A stretch of 64,000 nt of DNA. Origin: Phoronis australis. Taxonomy: Eukaryota > Animalia > Phoronida. The notes under the pieces were generated by a model, which had not been told where the DNA came from, ran no database searches, and worked only from the letters and a program-made list of their open reading frames with translations. A program made the position numbers and the translations under genes. Shown here one piece after another: positions 57,001 through 64,000 of this stretch. Each line of letters opens with the position of its first letter. The first letter of the stretch is position 1. The stretch lies in contig NMRA01000279.1 in assembly GCA_002633005.1 (NCBI GenBank), positions 466,882 to 530,881 on the forward strand, given 5' to 3'.

Positions 57001-60000
57001 GACTGACATTGTTTGATTTAGCCAGAAATGGGCCTGGTCAATACTTTGTTTCCGTTGTTTGTGTTCGATAACCTCTTCCTTCTGAGAGATCAATCAGTTT
57101 TAAGGCAGAAGTCGTCATCGAGAACAACGAGATGTCTAAAGCAATTATTCAACAATGCTGCGGCGGAAAACTATCAATTGGAAGCAGTGTCTCAAGACGA
57201 AATATCGGTCATTGAGATCCCCCGTTTCGACTGCCAGTTTTTCTCAATGACTACATGTAGGTTTGCACGAAACCAAAGGAAAATACAAAATAATACGTAC
57301 TTGTGCATGACAAAGCAGTTCCAGTCCAAGCTCCGTCAGATTCACATAGGCGTGTAGTGTTACCACCTGTCGATTCATAGCCGTCGTCACATGAATAAGT
57401 AGCTGTTCCTTGGTAAGTGGTGGATGTAGTCGTGACGTTGGAATTTGCGTTGGCGGTTGGTTGGCCACAATTTATTACTGGAAATTATGAAAAGAGAAAG
57501 AGGCACATTAACATATAAGTTCACAAGTCTCCTTTACAAATGTACTCACTTTCTTATATTGGTCGAATTTCATTACAACTCTCTCGTTATTAATCTAGAT
57601 CATGATGAAGCAAATGGTAGATCTTAATTATGATCCTTTAAGTCATTGGAGACCAACACGCACATGGCAGTTAGTGTCACAATAGTGTATGCAAAATCTT
57701 ATGCATTGATGTCATGAAGACTTTCGATAAGTTTAAGGCTCTCGTTGGAACAGGAAAAGAGATATTATAAATATAACAAAAGTTAGGTACAATACAACAT
57801 TAAAGGAGCCAGAAAGAAAAGAAATATAAAAAATGAGAGACTGACATTGTTTGATTTAGCCAGAAATGGGCCTGGTCAATACTTTGTTTCCGTTGTTTGT
57901 GCTCGATAACCACATCCTTCTGAGAGATCTATCAGCTGTAAGGCAGGAGTCGTCATCGAGAACAACGAGATGTCTAAAGCAATTATTCAACAATGCTGCT
58001 ACGGAAAAATCTATCAATTGCAAGCAGCGTCTAAAGAAGAAATATCGGTCATTGAGATCAACCGTTTCGACTGCCAGTTTTTCTTAAGGACTGTTATGTA
58101 ATATTTTAGGTTTGCACGAAACTAAAAGCAAATACAAAATAGTACGTACTTGTGCATGACAAAGCAGTTCCAGTCCAAGCTCCGTCAGACGCACATAGGC
58201 GTGTAGTGTTACCACCTGTCGATTCATAGCCGTCGTCACATGAATAAGTAGCTGTTCCTTGGTAAGTGGTGGATGTAGTCGTGACGTTGGAATTTGCGTT
58301 GACGGTTGGTTGGCCACAATCTTTTACTGGAAATTATGAAAAGAGAAAGAGGCACATTAACATGTATGTTCACACGTCTCCTTTACAAATGTACTCACGT
58401 TCTTATATTGGTCGAATTTCATTACAACTCTCTCGTTATTAATATAGATCATGATGAAGCAACTGGTAAAGCTTAATTATGATGGTTTAAGTCATTGGAG
58501 GCCAACACGCACATGGCAGTTAGTGTCACATTAGAGTATGCAAAATCTTAAGCATTGATGTTCATGAAGACTGTGGATAACTTCAAGGCTCTTGTTGGCA
58601 CAGGAAAAGAGATATTATAAATATAACAAATGTTAGGCACAATACAACATTTCAGGAAGAAGAAAGAAAAGAAATACAAGAGCAACGCAGAGCGTTGAAA
58701 TGCGCCCACCATTGCACCGCATACGGTATCCTTCTAGGGTTGGTTATTAGTACCATAAAGTGGCCAGTAGAGGGCATATATGTAGTATGTTGAACTTTGC
58801 AAAATGGAAAGGCATGGTCCATGTCTCCTCAATAGGCTAGGGGCAAAATGTGAGTAATCTTGACAATACAAGCACATCCTATACACCCGCTGCTTAAAGC
58901 ACCACAGAAACATAGAATTAAAAACAAATTTACCAACATACGAGATTAGCACAGCATTAGAATGCCAGAAACAAATTTCTACTTGGAACTTTCCCTTCAT
59001 AGTCATGAAGTAACACAAAGTACACACCTGAAGAAAATACAGAGGTTAATGTAAAATACTAAAATTGCCACTAGAGGAATACCGGTAGTCAGAATCATCC
59101 TAAAGTCGTCATCGTCCGTTGTCAACATCACATAAATACACTTGCTAAATTTAGTAATAATGCGTCCACATATAAATATGTGGGCGCACAATAAAGATCC
59201 TGCAAACAGTTTGGGAGATACAGCCATGGACGCAAAAAAACAAAACTACCACTAGGAGGCGCCACAGTAGTCCAAATCATCTGAAAATCATTGTCAGCTC
59301 TCTTCCTTATAGTAAGCACATACACGCCAATTTTCACAATCATCTTTTGAGCGGTTTGGTTGATAGAGGGATGGACGCAAAAATACAGACTCGAAAACAC
59401 TAAAAATGGCCACTAGGTGGCGCAAACTATGTTAAATCCATCTGAAAACAGGAGGATAGCGTCATCTTACTAATAGGTGCCTACATACCAAATTTCATGA
59501 AAATCCGTTAAGGACTTTTGAAGATACAAAGGTAAGCGTAAAAAACTAAAATTGCCACCAGCGGGCACACCGGTAGTCGAATCCGTCCAAAAGTCGTCAT
59601 CTTCCGTTGTTAACATCATATATATATACTTACACAATTTCGTAAAGATCCTGCGAACGGTTTAGGAGATACAGCCATAGGCGCAAAAAATAAAACTGCC
59701 ACTAGGAGGTTCCACAGTAGTCGAAATCGTCGGAAAATCATCGTCAACCGTCCTCTACATAGTAAGCATATACATGCCAATTTTCACAATCATCTTTTGA
59801 GCGGTTTGGTTGATAGAGGGGTGGACGCACAAAAACAGACTCGAAAACACTAAAATTGGCCACTAGGTGGCGCAAACTATGTCGAATCCATCTGAAAATG
59901 GGAGGATAGCGTTATCTCACTAACAGGTGCCTACATACCAAATTTCATGAAAATCCAATAAGGACTTGTAAAGATACAAAGGTAAGCGTAAAAAAACTAA

Positions 60001-63000
60001 AATTGCGACTAGGGGGCACACCGGTAGTCGAATCCGTCCAAAAGTCGTGATCTTCCGTTGTTAACATCATATAAATATACTTACAAAATTTCGTAAAGAT
60101 CCTGCGAACGGTTTAGGAGATACAGCCATAGGCGCTAAAAAAACAAAACTGCCACTAGGAGGTTCCACAGTAGTCGAAATCGTCGGAAAATCATCGTCAA
60201 CCGTCCTCTACATAGTAAGCATATACATGCCAATTTTCACAATCATCCTTTGAGCGGTTTGGTTGATAGAGGGGTGGACGCAAAAATACAGACTCGAAAA
60301 CAGTAAAAATGGCCACTAGGTGGCGCAAACTATGTCGAATCCATCTGAAAACGGGAGGATAGCGTCATCTCACTAATAGGTGCCTACATACCAAATTTCA
60401 TGAAAATCCATTCAGGACTTTTGAAGATACAAAGGTAAGCGTAAAAAACTAAAATTGCCACTAGGGGGCACACCGGTAGTCGGATCCGTCCAAAAGTCGT
60501 CATCTTCCGTTGTTAACATCATATAAATATACTTACACAATTTCGTAAAGATCCTGCGAACGGTTTAGGAGATACAGCCATAGGCGCAAAAAAAAAAAAA
60601 CTGCCACTAGGAGGCGCCACAGTAGTCGAAATCGTCGGAAAATCATCGTCAACCGTCCTCTACATAGTAAGCATATACATGCCAATTTTCACAATCATCC
60701 TTTGAGCGGTTTGGTTGATAGAGGGGTGGACGCACAAAAACAGACTCGAAAACACTAAAAATGGCCACTAGGTGGCGCAAACTATGTCGAATCCATCTGA
60801 AAACGGGAGGATAGCGTCATCTCACTAATAGGTGCCTACATACCAAATTTCATGAAAATCCGGACTTTTGAAGATACAAAGGTAAGCGTAAAAAAATAAA
60901 ATTGCCACTAGGGGGCACACCGGTAGACAGATCCGTCCGAAAGTTCGCACATGCCGTCCCATTCATGATTGGAACATATGCCAAATTTCCTGAACGTATG
61001 TCAAAGGGTTTGGAGATAGAGCAGCGGACGCCGGACGCCGGACGCCGGACGCTGCCCGGACGGACGGACGGACGGACGGACGGACGGACGGACGGACGGA
61101 CGGACAGAGATGACGGCATAATGCGTCCACATATAAATATGTGGACGCATAATAAAAAATGAGAGACCGCCATTGTTTGACTTACCCAGAAATGGGCCTG
61201 GTCAATACTTTGTTTCCGTTGTTTGTGCTCGATAATCACTTCTTTCCGAGAGATCAATCAGTTGTAAGGCAGAAGTCGTCATCGAGAACAACGAGATGTC
61301 TAAAGCAATTATTCAACAATGCTGCGACGGAAAAATCTATCAATTGCAAGCAGTGTCTAAAGAAGAAATATCGGTCATTGAGATCCCCCGTTTCGACTGC
61401 CAGTTTTTCTTAAGGACTGTTATGTAATATTTTAGATTTGCACGAAACCAAAACCAAATACAAAATAGTACGTACTTGTGCATGACAAAGCAGTTCCAGT
61501 CCAAGCTCCGTCAGACCCACATAGGCGTGTAGTGTTACCACCTGTCGATTCATAGCCGTCGTCACAGGAATAAGTAGCTGTTCCTTGGTAAGTGGTGGAT
61601 GTAGTGGTGACGTTGGAATTTGCGTTGGCGGTTGGTTGGCCACAATCTTTTACTGGAAATTATAAAAAGAGAAAGAGGCACATTAACATGTAAGTTCACA
61701 AGTCTCCTTTACAAATGTACTCACTTTCTTATATTGGTCGAATTTCATTACAACTCTCTCGTTATTAATGTAGATCATGATGAAGCAAATGGTAGAGCTT
61801 AATTATGATTCTTTAAGTCATTGGAGACCAACACGCACATGGCAGTTAGTGTCACAGTAGTGTATGCAAAATCTTATGCATTGATGTTCATGAAGACTGT
61901 CGATAAGTTTAAGGCTCTCGTTGGCACAGAAAAAGAGATATTATAAATATAACAAAAGTTAGGCACAATACAACATTAAAGGAGCCGGAAAGAAAAGAAA
62001 TATAAAAAATGAGAGACGGACATTGTTTGATTTAGCCAGAAATGGGATGGTCAATTCTTTGTTTCCGTTGTTTGTGTTCAATCACCACTTCCTTTTGAGA
62101 GATCAATCAGTTGTAAGGCAGAAGTCGTCATTGAGAACAACGAGATGTCTAAAGGAATTATTCAACAATACTGCGGTGGAAAAAATCGACTGCCAGTTTT
62201 TCTTAAGGACTGTTATGTAATATTTTAGGTTTGCACGAAACCAAAAGCAAATACAAAATAGTACGTACTTGTGCATGACAAAGCAGTTCCAGTCCAAGCT
62301 CCGTCAGACCCACATAGGCGTGTAGTGTTACCACCTGTCGATTCATAGCCGTCGTCACAGGAATAAGTAGCTGTTCCTTGGTAAGTGGTGGATGTAGTCG
62401 TGACGTTGGAATTTGCGTTGGCGGTTGGTTGGCCACAATCTTGTACTGGAAATTATGAAAAGAGAAAGAGGCACAGTAACATGAACATGCAAGTTCACAC
62501 GTTTCCTTTACAAATGTACTAACGTTCTTATATTGGTCGAATTCCATTACAACTGTCTCGTTATTAATATAGATCATGATGAAGCAAATGGTAGAGCTTA
62601 ATTATGATGCTTTAAATCATCGGAGGCCAACACGCACATGGCACTTAGTGTCACAATAGTGTATGAAAAATCTTAAGCATTGATGTTCATGAAGTCTGTC
62701 GATAACTTTAAGGCTCTCGTTGGCACAGGAAAAGAGGTATTATAAATATAAGAAAAGTTAGGCACAATACAACATTTCAGGAGGTAGAAAGAAAAGAAAT
62801 ATAAAAAATGAGAGACCGCCATTGTTTGACTTACCCAGAAATGGGCCTGGTCAATACTTTGTTTCCGTTGTTTGTGCTCGATAATCACTTCTTTCCGAGA
62901 GATCAATCAGTTGTATGGCAGAAGTCGTCATCGAGAACAACGAGATGTCTAAAGCAATTAGTCAACAATGCTGCGCCGTAAAACTCTATCAATTGGAAGC

Positions 63001-64000
63001 AGTGTCTCAAGACGAAATATCGGTCATTGAGATCCCCCGTTTCGACTGCCAGTTTTTTTCAATGACTGTTATGTAATATTTTAGGTTTGCACGAAAGCAA
63101 AGCAAATACTAAATAGTACGTACTTGTACATGATAAAGCAGTTCCAGTCCAAGCTCCGTCAGACCCACATAGGCGTGTAGTGTTACCACCTGTCGATTTA
63201 TAGCCGTCGTCACAGGAATAAGTAGCTGTTCCTTGGTAAGTGGTGGATGTAGTGGTGACGTTGGAATTTGCGTTGGCGGTTGGTTGGCCACAATCTTTTA
63301 CTGGAAATTATGAAAAGAGAAAGAGGCACATTAACATGTAAATTCACACGTCTCCTTTAGAAATGTACTCACGTTCTTATATTAGTCGAATTTCATTAGA
63401 ACTCTCTCGTTATTAATATAGATCATGATGAAGCAAATGGTAGAGCTTAATTATGATGCTTTAAGTCATTGGAGGCCAACACGCACATGGCAGTTAAAAT
63501 GACAATTGAATATGCAAAATCTTAAGCATTGATGTTCATGAAGACTGTCGATAACTTTAAGGCTCTCGTTGGCACAGGAAAAGAGATATTATAAATATAA
63601 CAAATGTTAGGCACAATACAACATTTCAGGAGCAAGAAAGAAAAGAAATATAAAAAATGAGAGACTGCCATTGTTTGATTTAGCCAGAAATGGGCTTGGT
63701 CAATACTTAGTTTCCGTTGTTTGTGTTCAATCACCACTTCCTTTTGAGAGATCAATCAGTTGTAAGGCAGAAGTCGTCATTGAGAACAACGAGATGTCTA
63801 AAGGAATTATTCAACAATGCTGGGGTGGAAAAATCTATCAATTGCAAGCAGTTTCTCAAGAAGAATTATCGGGCATTGAGATCCCCCGTTACGACTGCAA
63901 GTTTTTCTTAAGGACTGTTATGTGATATTTTAGGTTTGCACGAAACCAAAAGCAAATACAAAATAGTACGTACTTGTGCATGACAAAGCAGTTCCAGTCC
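2735..64000 (-). CDS. Giant multi-exon type I transmembrane mucin-like protein (Sushi/CCP repeats, 2 SEA, NIDO-AMOP-VWD, many EGF/cbEGF, Thr-rich repeat, TM); MUC4/SUSD2/Mesh-like; 5'-partial
   Basis: 62 exons found by hand, each with GT donor and AG acceptor on the minus strand, compatible intron phases and an open spliced frame ending in TAA at 2735-2737. Summed CDS about 12,300 nt. Domains recognised from Cys spacing and motifs. Start codon and signal peptide lie outside the window. Confidence 0.92.
3271..4380 (-). mobile_element. Non-autonomous Helentron (HINE; DINE-1/pearl-like), copy 1, about 2 internal ~450-bp repeats
   Basis: Read on the minus strand: T-rich start, hairpin ATGCGCCCACATA-TTTA-TATGTGGACGCAT, (GTCC)n microsatellite, tandem repeats, 3' subterminal IR, stem-loop AACGCTCTGCGTT, end CTTGT. 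Homologous to 43708-44553 and 58676-61151. Confidence 0.82.
6421..6597 (-). CDS. Exon: end of juxtamembrane EGF, transmembrane helix and basic stop-transfer segment
   Basis: Acceptor ttttttacag, donor gtaagt. Translation [12 protein letters not shown]...[38 protein letters not shown]. Confidence 0.92.
7158..7233 (-). CDS. Exon: first half of juxtamembrane EGF domain
   Basis: [25 protein letters not shown]; phase 1-2, splices in frame to the TM exon. Confidence 0.9.
9397..10308 (-). CDS. Membrane-proximal SEA domain, three exons: 10199-10308, 9902-9963, 9397-9551
   Basis: [36 protein letters not shown]|[21 protein letters not shown]|[14 protein letters not shown]...; contains the SEA GSVV motif; phases 1-0, 0-2, 2-1. 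Confidence 0.88.
12458..14660 (-). CDS. 2,203-nt exon: 8 tandem EGF/calcium-binding EGF domains followed by the Thr/Ser/Glu/Gln-rich mucin repeat
   Basis: Lies inside ORF 12411..14807. Acceptor ttacag at 14661-14663, donor gtaagt at 12452-12457. Repeated D(I/V)DEC...[24 protein letters not shown] motif. Confidence 0.95.
12519..13670 (-). repeat. Coding minisatellite, 32 x 36 bp (12-aa unit, consensus [10 protein letters not shown](P/L)A), mucin-type O-glycosylation stalk
   Basis: Units counted in the translation. The sequence at 12781-12960 is identical to 13141-13320 (360-bp offset). Confidence 0.95.
15199..15612. mobile_element. TTAA-flanked MITE (Kolobok-like), copy A
   Basis: TTAA on both sides, imperfect TIRs containing GTCTCATTAAA. 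It is the reverse-complement homologue of 19174-19603. Confidence 0.7.
15717..22980 (-). CDS. EGF/cbEGF exons: 22816-22980, 21031-21159, 20107-20235, 19699-19824, 18690-18818, 16877-17131, 15717-15970
   Basis: Examples: [97 protein letters not shown]. Canonical splice sites, mostly phase 1-1. Confidence 0.92.
16035..16103. mobile_element. Tiny MITE remnant (CAGGGGCGGATC...ATCCGCCACT ends)
   Basis: GC-rich 69-bp island with imperfect inverted ends. A similar right end (ATCCGCCACTG) occurs near 34125-34135. Confidence 0.45.
19174..19603. mobile_element. TTAA-flanked MITE (Kolobok-like), copy B
   Basis: TTAA-AGACGCTATGTCCCATTAAA ... TTTAATGAGACATAGCGTCT-TTAA: 19/20-bp TIR with a TTAA target duplication and AG...CT ends. 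Confidence 0.8.
21405..22319. other. Direct duplication (463 bp and 451 bp) on either side of a single N at 21868; probable uncollapsed haplotype overlap
   Basis: 21405-21867 repeats as 21869-22319 with a few SNPs and a 12-bp indel. The junction is exactly the N. Confidence 0.85.
23102..23174. mobile_element. Tiny GC-rich MITE with 13-bp TIR
   Basis: CATGGGCGGCGCA ... TGCGCCGCCCATG, a perfect inverted pair. Related copies in the opposite orientation at 33562-33697. Confidence 0.6.
23432..23953 (-). CDS. Ig/cadherin-like beta-sandwich plus degenerate EGF, exons 23734-23953 and 23432-23607
   Basis: [37 protein letters not shown]...VQWTPS...[10 protein letters not shown]...CLCSTGWEG; phases 1-2, 2-1. 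The fold assignment is by resemblance only. Confidence 0.75.
24195..27784 (-). CDS. VWD domain and following Cys-containing segment, exons 27560-27784, 26611-26724, 25200-25394, 24195-24431
   Basis: [27 protein letters not shown]...FQLQGRT..., [17 protein letters not shown]...[21 protein letters not shown]. These match MUC4/SUSD2-type VWD hallmarks. Confidence 0.92.
29166..29822 (-). CDS. AMOP domain, exons 29578-29822 and 29166-29388
   Basis: GKWVHRLD...KCLTWA...DCPP...|[11 protein letters not shown]...[10 protein letters not shown]...CELFHERRP. The CCYD, P..WCC and F..RRP motifs are typical of AMOP. Confidence 0.88.
30171..30270. repeat. Degenerate 16-bp minisatellite (about 6 copies, GTTCACT.CTCCT.AA-like)
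   Basis: gttcactgctcctaaa gttcacttctcctgaa gttcactactctgaat gtttactagtccaaat gtccactactgcgcag gtttacttctctgaat. Confidence 0.6.
30341..30841. mobile_element. Degraded foldback/MITE with long imperfect TIRs built from ~21-bp subrepeats
   Basis: The left arm (AATGTGCTTAATAAACGCGTAGTTTTACTTAATCAACGCG) is mirrored on the right (CGCGTTGATTAAGTAAAACTAG...GATTAAGCACATT). Confidence 0.55.
31582..34356 (-). CDS. NIDO domain, exons 34217-34356, 32617-32922, 31582-31801
   Basis: [16 protein letters not shown] and [19 protein letters not shown] motifs typical of NIDO; phases 1-0, 0-0, 0-1. Confidence 0.9.
33562..33697. mobile_element. Two adjacent copies of the same tiny GC-rich MITE family as 23102-23174
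   Basis: Both contain TAGCCCC(C)AC.TTTTTCA.TGCTGCGCCGCC.ATG. Confidence 0.55.
34579..34698 (-). CDS. cbEGF exon between the Sushi block and NIDO
   Basis: [40 protein letters not shown]; 120 nt, phase 1-1. Confidence 0.92.
35245..46691 (-). CDS. Fourteen diverged Sushi/CCP exons: 35245-35421, 35763-35939, 36237-36413, 37244-37420, 37689-37865, 38734-38910, 39025-39201, 39673-39849, 40229-40405, 41968-42144, 42795-42971, 44791-44967, 45380-45556, 46512-46691
   Basis: Each is 177 nt (one is 180 nt), phase 1-1, with the CCP pattern C..P....N...........A.Y.C..GY...GG...R.C...G.W.G....C. Confidence 0.92.
36855..37099. mobile_element. Probable MITE
   Basis: TGCTCACACCCAG / CTAGGTGCGAGCA (11/13 inverted match), with G-runs near both ends. 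Confidence 0.4.
39365..39580. mobile_element. Small TIR element with a central perfect 60-bp palindrome
   Basis: TIR CAATTGACCTATCGC / GCGATAGGTCAACTG (14/15). Palindrome at 39432-39491. Confidence 0.6.
43708..44553 (-). mobile_element. HINE copy 2 (more degraded; 3' stem-loop region deleted)
   Basis: Same terminal hairpin (about 44521-44548), (GGAC)n tract and internal repeat unit as copy 1. Confidence 0.8.
47233..48362 (-). CDS. Second (N-terminal) SEA domain embedded among the Sushi exons, exons 48250-48362, 47888-47949, 47233-47405
   Basis: [37 protein letters not shown]|[21 protein letters not shown]|[12 protein letters not shown]...; GSVL motif. Same three-exon, phase 1-0/0-2/2-1 layout as the SEA at 9397-10308. 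Confidence 0.85.
48862..49038 (-). CDS. Sushi/CCP exon, paralogous to 44791-44967 and 45380-45556
   Basis: [59 protein letters not shown]; 177 nt, phase 1-1. Confidence 0.92.
49675..64000 (-). CDS. Fifteen near-identical Sushi exons: 49675-49851, 50525-50701, 51372-51548, 52220-52396, 53068-53244, 53918-54094, 54766-54942, 55615-55791, 56462-56638, 57301-57477, 58150-58326, 61476-61652, 62269-62445, 63124-63300, 63974->64000 (partial)
   Basis: Consensus [59 protein letters not shown]. All complete copies are 177 nt, phase 1-1, with AG acceptor and GTACGT donor retained. Confidence 0.9.
58676..61151 (-). mobile_element. HINE copy 3, 2,476 bp, about 4 full tandem ~450-bp repeats, inserted into one intron of the Sushi array
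   Basis: Neighbouring array units give the empty site (gaaat^ataaaaaatgagagac); no target-site duplication. Subterminal IR ATGCGCCCAC near 58700, stem-loop CAACGCAGAGCGTTG, long (GGAC)n near 61057-61106, terminal hairpin about 61121-61150. Confidence 0.88.

Larger units (their letters stand above)
49590..64000. repeat. Tandem array of ~850-bp exon+intron units (>=15 copies, runs off the window)
   Basis: Exon-to-exon spacings: 850, 847, 848, 848, 850, 848, 849, 847, 839, 849, 3326 (unit plus a 2,476-bp insertion), 793, 855, 850. Confidence 0.97.

Noticed and set aside
58676-61151. Autonomous transposon or protein-coding content in the insertion (ORFs 58734-59027, 60850-61257)
   Set aside because: No Rep, helicase or transposase motifs. 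The ORFs run through the (GGAC)n microsatellite and the tandem repeats.
49609-63925. Recurring ORFs [18 protein letters not shown]..., [11 protein letters not shown]..., [11 protein letters not shown]...
   Set aside because: Wrong-frame or antisense readings of the repeated Sushi exon and its intron. They recur only because the DNA is tandemly duplicated, and their lengths and stops vary between units.
49590-64000. CRISPR-like or prokaryotic repeat-spacer array interpretation
   Set aside because: The whole 850-bp unit is repeated with no unique spacers, it contains spliceosomal exons, and no cas genes are present. The DNA is eukaryotic.

Overview
Animal (invertebrate, AT-rich, intron-rich) genomic DNA. 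Almost the whole window is the 3' part of one very large minus-strand gene. I reconstructed it by hand as 62 exons (the last one cut by the window edge), all GT-AG with matching phases, giving about 12.3 kb of CDS (about 4,100 aa); the N-terminus lies beyond position 64000. Product: a giant type I membrane mucin-like protein of the MUC4/SUSD2/Mesh (NIDO-AMOP-VWD) group, ordered (Sushi)x>=16 - SEA - (Sushi)x14 - EGF - NIDO - AMOP - VWD - Ig-like - about 19 EGF/cbEGF - 32x12-aa Thr-rich repeat - SEA - EGF - TM - about 140-aa cytoplasmic tail. From 49.6 to 64 kb the gene is a young tandem array of about 850-bp units, each carrying one nearly identical 177-nt Sushi exon. The introns hold three copies of a DINE-1/pearl-like non-autonomous Helentron (HINE) whose internal repeats carry CTCF-consensus motifs every ~150 bp. 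They also hold TTAA-flanked MITEs, small foldback elements, a perfect 60-bp palindrome, and a ~460-bp haplotype overlap at a single N (assembly artefact). Most ORFs in the supplied track are wrong-frame or antisense shadows of these exons and repeats.
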